DNA of 64,000 nt, from the NCBI GenBank assembly GCA_050084985.1, contig JBITNC010000001.1, positions 95,790,001 through 95,854,000 of the forward strand. Reading direction: 5' to 3'. Below, piece by piece: positions 1 to 11,270 of the stretch; within the stretch, counting starts at the first letter, position 1, and every line of letters begins with the position of its first letter. Source of the DNA: Nageia nagi. Lineage: Eukaryota; Plantae; Pinophyta. A model generated the notes under the pieces. The model was not told where the DNA came from. It saw only the letters and a list, made by a program, of their open reading frames with translations, and ran no database searches. The translations under genes were made by a program, and so were the position numbers.

Positions 1-769
1 AAGATTAAGAGGCATGGATTACAAATTTAGCATGCAAGATCTAGATAAAGATTTAAGTAAAATTATACAAATTCCCCTCTTTTCACTTAAAGTTTTATCC
101 CTAAAAACTTGTATGCTAAAAATTGTCTTTTAAGTATGCATTTATATTTTAAGTAAAAAAATTCCCTTGTTTACTTAAAAAATAGCATACTTAACTTAAA
201 TATTTATCCTTCAAAGATAGCATACTTAGATTACCTTAGCAAATTTTTACTAAAAAATATTTTACCTAAGTAAATTACCATACTTAGAAAAAAAATGCTA
301 AGAAATTGACATTCTAGAAATTGCATGTGCACCTTAGTAAATGCAATATTAAAAATTATTCTAAGCACCTTTTTAAAAAGGTAAGCAAAGTTTAAAAAAA
401 TATTCACTACTTTTCAAGTCTGTAAGAATTAAATGGAAAAAGAGGAGACCCATACCCCTACTACATGCATATTTAATGCTACTTTTACCTCAAGCACTCC
501 AAGTCAAAAAAAATAAATGCACATAGGTAAAATAGTGATGGCTACCCTTCCCTTACCAAGAAGGAGTATACATTGCCTCTGGAAGTGTATTTAAAGAAGG
601 TAAAAAGTAGTCAACAAAAAATTAAATGCTCAAAGAAAAAAAAGAAGAGGGTTGCTTAGGAGAACACTAGACGGTGAGGTCAATCTTTTGGAGGAGAAGG
701 TCATGCATGTCTTTGATTGGAAGCTGCTTACAGATCCACTTCATTGGTGGAGAGTGCAATGGTGTGTTG

Positions 770-835
770 AAGAGTATCATTTCCACCATATTCAAGGCCC
801 TATGTGAAAGCATGGGGATCGTGGGGAAATTCGTT
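770..835 (-). pseudogene. Fragment of plant-type glutaminyl cyclase (glutamine cyclotransferase)
   Basis: A different frame from ORF 667..1008 reads NEFPHDPHAFT*GLEYGGNDTL, versus the recalled plant QC N-terminal motif EFPHDPxAFTQGLLYxGNDTL. The stop is TAG at the conserved Gln (CAG). Confidence 0.8.
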
Positions 836-1060
836 CTTATTACATTTACTCGGAGGTGCGCTCTAAGCTCCATGAAAAGATCGTGCATATGGCCCAAATC
901 AGTAGCATTGCCATGGGAGTAAAGCAAAGTGAAATGAGCATAAGGATGGTGCCAATATGTGGCTGCTATTTTATTCCCAGCCTTGGTATCCAACAATAGA
1001 CCTTCCATGTTGTTGTCCTACGGACTCCTAGTCATGAAAAAAACTTTCTGCCATCCTTAT
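836..1060 (-). pseudogene. Fragment of an ABHD17-like alpha/beta-hydrolase (N-terminal part only)
   Basis: Translates as LLLDTKAGNKIAATYWHHPYAHFTLLYSHGNATDLGHMHDLFMELRAHLRVNVI, matching the plant ABHD17-family motif TLLYSHGNAADLG..ELRAHLRVN. The expected YDYSGYG continuation is absent; there is a frameshift and stop upstream of 1008. Confidence 0.85.
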
Positions 1061-2103
1061 GGCAAGGGAGGAGGGAGTAGGCGTAGCCGACGTGTGCAAG
1101 GATGAGGATGTGCAGAGGTGAGGGCCGGACTGTGAGTGAAGGTGACTGTGGGTAGCCATGGGGGTCTGTTGAGAGTGAGGGTGACATAACACGATAGTCA
1201 TGGGGTCAGGTGAGGGAGAGGCGATAGACTACGGGTTGCATGGAGAGGGATGCAAAGCTCATGACAACAGAATCTGTACAGCCTAGTCACGATGCTAGAG
1301 GAGGAGAGGAGGTGCTCAACCAAACCAAGATTTTTTAACATCTTCTCCATGGGAAGAATGGCACAAGCCATAGCAAAGGCACGTAGGAAAAAAAGAATGA
1401 GGAGGAGGCAAAGTAGAGATTTCCAAATGGCATCGCTCGCTTCTGCAAACAGATCCCCTGCAGGAAACTGCTTCTTATCGTTCATGTGGTCGTGCATGCG
1501 AGATGAAATGGGCACCCTTCATTTTGCAATTTCTGCCATTGCGAGGAGGGGGGGCTGCAATATCATTCGTAATCCCTTTCAACGTGGCTATTTTATGCAT
1601 ATCCATTGACCATTACAATCCATAAGACTACATTTCAGCTAGGCATTTTTGTCCTCCACATTAAAAATGTTTATTAAACTTTGCAAAAAATATTCCACCC
1701 CTTTCTTTTTTTTTCTTTTTTTTTAATATGTATAAAAAAAATTGCTCTCAACAATGAAAAAAATTTCAAACTTTGAATAAAAGTATAAATTGAGAGCTGC
1801 CTCTTTAATTCAACAATAAATGGCATAAAGAAATATTGCAATTTTTATATACTAATCTCAAAACATCATGCTCACTAGAGGTTAGTATAATTAAAATCAT
1901 TATATTTCTATTTTTTAGCCCTTTTTTTTTTGCAAAATTAACTAACACAAAACTCAAGATATGTTAGTATCATTAGTGACATAAGCCAAAAATTAAGGAG
2001 ATTATATGATGGAGGTTATACCTTCTCTTGAATTTACCTCACCAAGACCTTAAAATTGAAGGAATAAGAGCTTCCACACCAAGAAGAAGAGCTTCCACAC
2101 CAA

Positions 2104-2604
2104 GCTCTGATACCAATTGTAGGAATTAAGACTACACTAATCCTCAAGGTCCAAGACTAGGAAACTCAATCATTCATCATCTACAAGCTAATAACACCAT
2201 TCACACAAGATAACACAAATATAATGTGGTTCCTCCCTCCTTGGGAGTACATCCACAACTAGTTCTCAATTCTCAATCTATGCACCTCTTACTACAATTC
2301 CTTTCTCTCCTACACAAACTAGTAGAGTAATCTTACTCCAAATCTTAGTTATGTTACAAGAGGAGAGGCCCTCTATTTATAGCATGAGAGCACCTCCCTA
2401 ACCTCCCTTTAACCCAAGGGTAAGGTTAGGGTTACAATAAATGTATGACCTAACTTTAACCTACCAACTAACCCCATGGTAAGGTCAAAGTCTACATAAT
2501 AAAGAATTCAATTAATCCCTTAAGGTATCTACATATCCTTTAAGTGATTAATTGAATTTACAAGGAGTTTAGATATTCACAATATTTCATTACAAATTCT
2601 AACA
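2104..2604 (-). mobile_element. 5' LTR (2118-2604) plus tRNA-iMet PBS of a truncated LTR retrotransposon
   Basis: GCTCTGATACCA at 2104-2115 is the reverse complement of the PBS TGGTATCAGAGC, 2 nt from TG at 2118. The LTR ends CA at 2604, where array homology begins. Shares blocks with the solo LTR at 9922-10404 (agataacacaa..gtggtt..ggagtacatccac, ctatttatag). Confidence 0.85.
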
Positions 2605-3963
2605 AATCTACCATGTAATGTAAAAAGCTTTCTATGTTATGATGATGATCTATGTCAAAACCCTGAGATAAAACTAATATAATAATATTAGTAATAAAAA
2701 CTAATACCAACATTATGCTCAATAACTCATATAGAATTGTAGCATCATTTTGACAGTACAATGCATAAAGTGACTAGAAGGGTTGTAAAAGGAGATGAAT
2801 AGGCTTACTTATAAATAGTAGAGGCAAACTAAGGTTGAATAAAGTTTCCTAAATTAATATGATTAAAAAATAAGTAATTATATTTATTTTTGGTGGACAC
2901 AAGGCAAACATACATTTGGCACCTCAAATAGTTAACTTTTTCTATTATAATATGAAGATAACAAATCAAAAATAAAGGCTACAAATAGTCCTAGGACAAA
3001 CTAACCAATTTTGGATTGGAGACCAATTAGGCAAGGTTAATCATTGGGCCAATTTAAGGTTCAACAAGATGATTAGGCCCAAACAAAAACATAAGGAATA
3101 AATATATAGATTTTTAGTATCTGCACTTGGCTATAACTCGATTGTACCTATTATGTGAAAAGAACCAAATGACCCTAATAACATTTACAAACACCTTCTA
3201 TCTCATTTTTATATATCATAAAAAATATATACCATGGTGTCAACATAAATTTGTGAATTTTGAGTATTTCTAAGAAGTTAGAGGTTCCATGTCTATTTAA
3301 ATTCTCTAAAGCATCTTTTTAGAAATATACTATTTATAATTCAAAATTTATCTAATGATAAAATACAAAACTTATTTGAATTAGGTTGATAATATGAATA
3401 ATTCCCAATAGGTATCCAAAATTTTTCATAAGAAGGATAGATATGGATTCATTTTTATAATATTAATCATTGAACTAGTAATTAATTATGTTTATTTTCT
3501 TCTTCTATGAGTATATTTTTGAAAATAACTTTATAACTTGTATTTATAATATTATTTTTACATGTTTCTAGATTGAGGCATATTTTTTATTATGCATGAT
3601 TTTGTTAGTATGATTATCTCTTATATTTAATTTTTTTATTCAATTATATAACATTTAAATATATTGAATGAAAATAAATGATTTAGGTTTATCATTTTAG
3701 GTATTTGAAATAAATTAGGATTCATCTTTCTTAATATGCATAATCAAATTTTGGGTTGATTATATGATTATAAAAGCATACAAAAATCTTAATTTCAATT
3801 TGTAATAGTTTAAAATCATATATAACACATACATTTAGTCATTTCCTAGGAATGCTTCTTTAATCCTCAAAATTAGATTATCAAGAATTACCTTAGCAAG
3901 ATACTTTAGTCTCTAGCATCTTACCACTAGTTTATGTCAAAGAATGATCTCATAATATTGATC

Positions 3964-4128
3964 ATTACTTATTCAAATGTTTCATATGTATTTATTGACT
4001 ACATATTATTTGTAATATTATATAATAAACATTAGATAACTACTATTAAATATTACTTATTCACATGTATTTCATGACTACATATTATTTGTAATATTAT
4101 ATAATATACATCAGATAACTACTATTAA
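3964..4128. repeat. Local ~80-90 bp tandem duplication
   Basis: attacttattca...gactacatattatttgtaatattatataat...agataactactattaa occurs twice; it is single in copy 4. Confidence 0.75.
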
Positions 4129-4591
4129 GATAAGGATAGTCCCTTTTACCTAATTTAGATAATTTCTATTAAGCATCTTAAATTTTCATCATTTCTACAA
4201 TATGAAAATATTTGTATGGAACATTTAAGGGATGTGATTATCTTAAGATCATTTCCCATTTTTCATATGAAATTATTGAAATATCTCAGGTAAAAAAAGA
4301 AATTCAAATATGAAAATAATTTTTATCAATAAAATCAACATTCTAATCATATTTATACTCGTTGAGTAAGTGAGAAACTTTATATTAATTGAAGATGTGT
4401 GAGGTTGTTTGTTGACCCCCTTAAACATTTATTTTCTATTTCAAATTCTCTTTAGAAATCTTTTTAAGTTTTTGGTAACGATAATATCACTACATGTGGA
4501 TAATTCATTAGAATAACCTCACTAATTAGAATAACCTCACTAATTATAACTCTGATAAAAAGTTAGTGAAAAAAAGGATCATTACATTTGG

Positions 4592-4742
4592 AAAGATATT
4601 GTAAGGGATATTATCAATATATGTCTCTATAGGATATTATCAAGATATTGTAAGAGGTAATATAAAGGACAAGTTCAAACATATTATCAATATATGTCTC
4701 TACAGGATATTATCAAGATATTGTAAGGGGTAAGATAAAGGA
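4592..4742. repeat. Local tandem duplications
   Basis: atattatcaatatatgtctcta(t/c)aggatattatcaagatattgtaag occurs twice and aagatattgtaag three times. Confidence 0.7.
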
Positions 4743-7700
4743 TAATTTAGTTAAAATAAAGGATCTTTACATTTGGTAAAATAACTTATGACATATGTCT
4801 CTATGACAGTTTTATAGGATGAAAATAAACTGACAAAAAAGGTTAGACATTATATTAGAACATCCTTAATAGGATGAAAAAGACTTGTAACATAACTCAA
4901 AAAAATATTTATCAATATATATATTTTTGGGCTTACCATGATATCCATGATGAAAACTTCTTGAATTTGTTAAGTCCCTATTTCAATCAGGTTTTGATAA
5001 GGAAAGATACATGATACAAAAGAAGAATAAAATAATTTTACCTTAGTTTAATTTCAAACTTACAAGATCATAATTCATTTGAATGCTTTGCCATATATGT
5101 AGGAATTATTGGAATGCTCATATTTGCAAAAAATATTATAATGATTCACTAATATTCAAAGTAAAAAATAGTTGCATGCTTAAATTTTGATATATGAATT
5201 CTATTTACCAAGGTTTACTTTACTATTTGTCAAGAAATGAAAGGAATATATACATAGATGACCATTTTAATTTAAAGGATAAGACAAAATACAATAGGAA
5301 ACATCCTAACATCAATGGTCTAATAAACCAAGAGGAATTGAATCAAGGTAGGGCATGATTTAGAAGTAAAGCATAAACTATGAGCCTTACTCAAAAGAGT
5401 ACAATCCAAACTAGACTACTTAAAACTATTATAAAACATGATTACAATGGATGACTAGAGTGTTTAAAGGCTTACCATATAGATAAAGCCATTCAAGGAT
5501 CAATTTGTTAACATAACAATAATCAAATAGTAATTCAACTAGAGAAAATTATAGGAATTGAATTGGTTTAAATAGATCTAAGCATTGTCACATCATATTA
5601 AAGTTAAGAATTATATTGAGAGAGGAAGTAGATGGGTGATAATTATCTTTCATGTATAAAGGAATCAAGAAGAATAAGAATGAATTAAATATAGTTTATG
5701 TAGTCGGTAAGTGGTAAGGTATGTGCCTACGAGAAATTGAATACAAGCTTATTTGATCATTACAAACCAAGTTCAATATATCTCAATTCAATTTTTTATT
5801 TGATATTATTTTTAATAATATGTTTGAACTATATTAAATTTAATGCCAAATTAAATATCATTTTAACTTTTAATGTCATAATTAATACTATTTTTTATAA
5901 GGTAAATTGAAAGAGATTTTTATAAAAGGACTCAAAACCTATATTTATAAAATAATATTAAAAAATATATCAAAATTGATCTACTATTATAATTATTTCT
6001 TAAAGATAAACAATCATCATTTGAGGTATTCCTTCATAAGTTCTTAAAGGATGTGTTCTCTAACCATAGCCTCAATTGTGAGTTTCTAAAAAACATTCAT
6101 GCCTTTAGGGCTATCAACTACAAGTTCTGTGAGGACAATGAGTTGGTATGCCTCCTCTTTAGCAACCTCATTTTGCTCTAGAACACGGGTCAACTATGTA
6201 ATCGATATTGACAACACTAGTTAGAGGATTTTTAATGCATGTATATTCCTTAATTTCATAGTTAATTGTTAGGGGCATCAATCATATCCATTTTGTAATG
6301 AAACCTCTTATTGATCATTTTTCCAACCTCCATCTTATAATCTTACTTATCAAATCCAAAGATAGATTGGATGGGATAATTAATGTTATATTCATAGCAT
6401 CAAATGCTTCTTTTAATTTTAATGTTATGTGTTACATTTCAATTCCTTTACATGTATAGAAACTTTAAATTCTAAATTTATTCTCTAATAATTAAATGAA
6501 AACCTATCTCAAAATATCCAAATTTTATTAGTAAAAACTTAATTACTTTCAAAAACTTAGTATATCTTGAACAATCAACAAATATCAGGAACCCAATCTC
6601 ATATGAGGGGGGAGGAAATATCTTAAGGATCATGATTCCAACTCTAAATAGAGAAACCAAGAAATATAAAAAAGGAATAATTGATGTTGGTTTCAAACCA
6701 AAACAAGCAAACCCACTAACTAGGAGATCACAGAAAGACACATAGTAATAGAAATAGCTAATGGAACTTAATCCATTCTAAATTTGGGTGAGATGAAAAT
6801 ACCCACCAGATACAAGAAATAAAATGTTATTTTAGAACATAAAAGAGGATTCAATGCCCCTTGACTATTGGAAGAGCAATTTAGAGCTCAAGAAGACTAT
6901 GGAGAGAAAGAGATCCTAGTATTATGTTAGAAGGATGTGATTACTTCCTAGTACTGCCCCTCTTAGGGAAAACCCTATGTTGGTCAATACGTTGTAGTAT
7001 ATAGAGTCCAAAAGAAAGATATGGATAGGTCATTTGTTTGGAAGTTTTTAAGTAAAGTACCTTAGCTATGAAATGAGTAACAACTTATTAATATTTCTTA
7101 CAACTATTATAACTTATATTTTACAAAATTTATGAATCAATTCAAAGTTGGAATGTAATATTTATCACCCTTCTTGTAAAAGGTTTGGGGTTCTTTCAAC
7201 ACCCCTTCTTTTACCCTTAATAAAAGAAATATTTTTAATGTTATGTGTAATATTTTAATATTCATTTTTGTTGTCTATACGTTTACTACCCATGATATCA
7301 TTTTTTGGTAGCCACATAAATAGAAAGAAAATATTATCGTAATAATAAAAATATCATTATAATATTATCATGGAAAATGTGTTGAAAGACTTATAGAATT
7401 GAGAGGTTTTCCTTTGAAGTGGCTATTGGACCCATTCCTTAAGGTTCATATTCAATGTAGCATTCTCTCTTGTCGATTGTTCCATTACATTTATTTAGAA
7501 ATATTACATATAATTACTATTATTGCAAGTAAAACATAGATATTTGAGATATCTATGTTTTACTATTATTGCAAGTAATTATAATATTATAATTCATTAT
7601 AAGTAAAACATACTCGTAAGGTGCACTCCAAATTTCAAACAAATTGGATATATGGAAAAAATTATAAATATTTTAAATTTTATGGTAAATTTGTTCCTTA

Positions 7701-8602
7701 AAGCATAAAATAATAAATTTATTTTTGCTCCATAGGTTGTAAATCAATTGATTGCTAGGAGATTTTTGTTGACTAAATAGAAAATCATACAATGTCATAT
7801 AATTTAATTTTCAACTCATTTTAATTGAAGAAGTGATTGCATCTGTACAATTTTTTTATAGAAAAAATAAAAATTCATTAGACAGTATCTTTTAGTGGAA
7901 GTATTTTAGTGCATAACAATTATTGGTTCAGTTTAAAAAGAATTTTGAAAGCTTGAAATAAAGGGATCATTCACCAAATACTAAGAGTAATATTTAAAGT
8001 TATGATTTTATGAGGTTGAGTAATCTTTTAGAGAAAATGTATCTTATGAAAAAAATTTAGAATTTTAACAACCTTTATCATTTAGAAAAAGTATCATAGT
8101 CTAGTAATTTGTGGTCATTTTGAAGAGAACTTTGAGAGCTTCAAATGAAAATTTATTTTATCAAATTTTGAGAATTATGAAATTACATAATTTTGAAGCT
8201 TGGGTAGTTATCCTAATACCTTAGCTTATAATGTGTTGGGTATAAACTATGGAGTATAAGTTACTACCTGAATATTTGCTCAAAAAGATTTTGATTTATT
8301 CGATTCCATAAAGATGCCTAATTTGAAAATTAAAAAGGCAAAAATATATGTAATTTCAAGTATTTAAGAAACAAAATTTAGTAAGTGTTCAATGTAAAAT
8401 AACAAGAATGAATAATGAATCAAGGTGAAAAAAGTTTGTAAATTATAATATTATAATAAACTGAATACTTATAATGAAGAAATTGCAATATAAGTATTTG
8501 CTCCAAAATTTAAAAGAAAAAAAGATGAATTAACTTTCATTATAAATCCTTTAATATTGATGGTTAAAAAGTGCGTAAAAAAAAGAGAAATTATTTTTTT
8601 TT

Positions 8603-9210
8603 GTAGATCTTACAACTAATTAAAACTTCATCAACACGGATTTGACATAATGTTTGCATCTTTTAAACATGGAAAAGTTAAAACTTTATGATGGTGAGAA
8701 ATTAAATCATTCTATGATTTCAAACTAGTGTGATAGGATCCCTGTAATCTTAGGAAGGAAGCGACAGCCTTGTCCTGTTTCTATTTACAAACATTATATT
8801 AAGAACAATGATTGTTCTCCATATTCCAAATAAACCGAATGGCTCCACAGATTTGTCAGAAAATAATGGATTAAGGTGATATGGCATATTGAGAATGAAT
8901 CTACTCTAGTTTCTTGTCTTCTCTATATTGTTAGCAGTCGTATGATAAACACATTTGAGGAGAGAAATGCAGACAGTGATGAGTGTCCATTAGAGGGAAT
9001 CCAGATACGATACGTCCCGATCAAGGAAGCTGTCCACAGCGATCATATCCGGGAGATGAATGCGTAGGCGGAATAATTATGTCCGAACTTTGTATTGGGT
9101 AGTACTAATGATGGATTGGACGTTGGCAAGCAATGGTTTCAGAGACTGATGACGGGTGCAGCTGGCCAACCATAGTCAAAGGGAGAGTAACATTTTGGTG
9201 CTTCTTCAAA
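8603..9210. other. Conserved CpG-retaining core of the repeat unit, copy 1 (function unknown)
   Basis: 8902-9070 is identical to 55468-55636 (169 bp). Only 3 differences over 8603-8866 versus copy 3. Many CG dinucleotides, in contrast to the depleted flanks. Confidence 0.85.
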
Positions 9211-9921
9211 TAAAAAAGGATAAAGAAATCTTAAAACCTTGGTCTCCCTTTGCCTTTACAATTGTTTATCTAAAACTTGAATGAGTCCATAGGCAATTTT
9301 ATTGACATGGAAAAGTAAAAATATTGTGTTATCAACGTTTCAAGGAATATGTGTGTTCAAGTGGATCTTTTTAAGGATCTTAAATAGTTATTGTACTTGT
9401 AAATTAAGGATACTTGCATTCACTATAAGGTTGTGGGTACCTTTTGAATACATGTTATTAATGTCAATTTGTGATCTATAAGATTAAGGATCATACTCTC
9501 ATGGAGGATCATTTCAAGTCTATCTCCATTGATTTCATCTTTGACCTTTGTTGTTCCTACATAAGTAAATAATAGAGGCTAGGATGAATGCACAATCATT
9601 TATAACAACAAAAATAGACATGTAAAGTTTGCTACCCTATATATCTCCCTAAGGAAAACTTTGACTCTTTCAAGTCCCTTCCTTTTCCTACACTCTTAAC
9701 TTCTCCCGCACTTTCAATCCCTTCTTTGGCTCAATCCCTTTTACCTTATACTTCCCTCTTCTTATATCCCTACCCTACCATCTTTGCTACTTCTTCATCC
9801 ATCATGGTTTTCTCGTCAAGTTTATCAACCACACATTAATCACCAAATGGACCTTTAAGTTCTCAATCCTCAATGATTGTCCAACACTTGTGCAACCTAG
9901 CTTGAACTAGAGAGAGTTATT

Positions 9922-10404
9922 TGAAGGAATTAACACTAACATATAACTTCCTAAATTACCAAGATTTCTTGAAAGCTCACAATTCACATTTAAAAAACTC
10001 ACAAAGATAACACAAGATATAAGTGGTTTCTCCAACTAGGAGTACATCCACTAACTAGATCTCACTTCATTCACAAACATGAATCTCTTACAATCCTCCT
10101 AAACTTTTCTCCTAAACACTATCCTATAGCATAACTTTACTCCACAAATTGGTGTGTGATCCAAAGAGGGAGCCTTCTATTTATAGGCCAAAATCCCTTT
10201 AGATCACCCTTTTACCTAATGTACAAAAGCATAACATGCACATCTTTTTACCCAAGAGGCATGCTCATGACATGGAGTGTAGGACAAGTTACATTATCAT
10301 ATTCACTTAAATACTTAAGGTATCAAATGATATTCTTAAGTATTAGTGAAATTACATAGAAGATTATTATAAAACCTTTAGAATAATGCATTATACATTC
10401 CACA
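9922..10404 (-). mobile_element. Solo LTR (483 bp)
   Basis: TG...CA ends; TSD TTATT (9917-9921) / TTATC (10405-10409). Empty site agttctcctctaaag in copies 2 and 3. Same family and orientation as the PBS-bearing LTR at 2118-2604. Confidence 0.9.
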
Positions 10405-10545
10405 TTATCCTCTAGAGAATCATCATCAAGCATATTTCCTTCACGAAAAAATATGAGTGATTTATTTTAAACATATTTCAATCTTTCACAGATTTGGAGG
10501 ATTAAAACATCATATATGGATATATATGATCCTCAATGATCTCCC

Positions 10546-11270
10546 ATGATCTTTCTCTCATGGAATGTCAAAGATATGATGGACAAAATGTGAGCCTAAA
10601 AACATTATCCAACATAACTCGTTATTATGGAAATCTCAATTTCTACTACCTTTAGGAAGTTAAAGCTATAGATTTTATTTTGCAAAATAAATGTAACTTT
10701 ATTTGGACATATAATCACTTTTATGTTACTAATCATTCTCAAGAGGAGGAGCTATTCTTTGTCATGGGACCTCAATGGCATGCCCATTTTGTTGTTAGGG
10801 GAGTGGATCCATCCAATTATGCCATATGGATTCTTATAGAATTAGCAAGCAACCATTTGATATAGTTAATGTTTATATCTATAATAATGCTTTTAATAGA
10901 TACAATATATGGCAATGACTTATTTTTCTCTATATCCCATGCAAGGTGAGTCCTATATGGTGACCTCAATATGATTGAGAGGGTATTTGATAAAGTCACC
11001 CATCTTCTAATGAATTAGATTGTAGGGTAGTGGGAAACTTGGTAATTAATGAAGAATAAACTAGATTTATCATATCCTAATTATTTCTTTTGACATTGTG
11101 ATCTCCCTAATCATTTATGGTTTACATGTCCTAACCTTCTAAATGTTTTCTTTGGAGTTATGAAACATATTGGTTAGGCTTTTTTGTCTAATCAATATTC
11201 TTTTCAATTTTCTTACCTTTCCAACTTGACATCCTTTGTGGAAGCCATCTTAGATACTATCAACTCTCAT
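10546..11270 (+). mobile_element. Ancient L1-type LINE remnant (endonuclease region), part of the repeat unit
   Basis: MIFLSWNVKD at 10546, L*EVK (=LQEVK) and VLYGDLNMIE are APE-endonuclease motifs; heavily decayed. Confidence 0.6.

Noticed and set aside
667-1008. Intact 113-aa hydrolase gene
   Set aside because: Only the first ~57 codons are ABHD17-like, the catalytic region is missing, and the rest is out-of-frame foreign sequence.
8749-8886. 45-codon minus-strand ORF in the core (MPYHLNPLFSDK...)
   Set aside because: Disrupted by indels in copies 2 and 3.
9017-9037. Resemblance to a miR396 complementary site (CCGATCAAGGAAGCTGTCCAC; copy 2 CAGATCAAGAAAGCTTCACAG)
   Set aside because: About 15/21 matches with mismatches opposite the miRNA 5' end, no star arm, and no GRF WRC context.
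9146-9180. CTGATGA as a hammerhead core or C/D snoRNA box
   Set aside because: No stem II-GAAA follows, the motif is changed in copy 3 and deleted in copy 2.
2118-10404. LTRs at 2118-2604 and 9922-10404 as the two ends of one element
   Set aside because: The second has its own TSD, the PBS lies outside the interval, the two are quite diverged, and the DNA between them is array unit.
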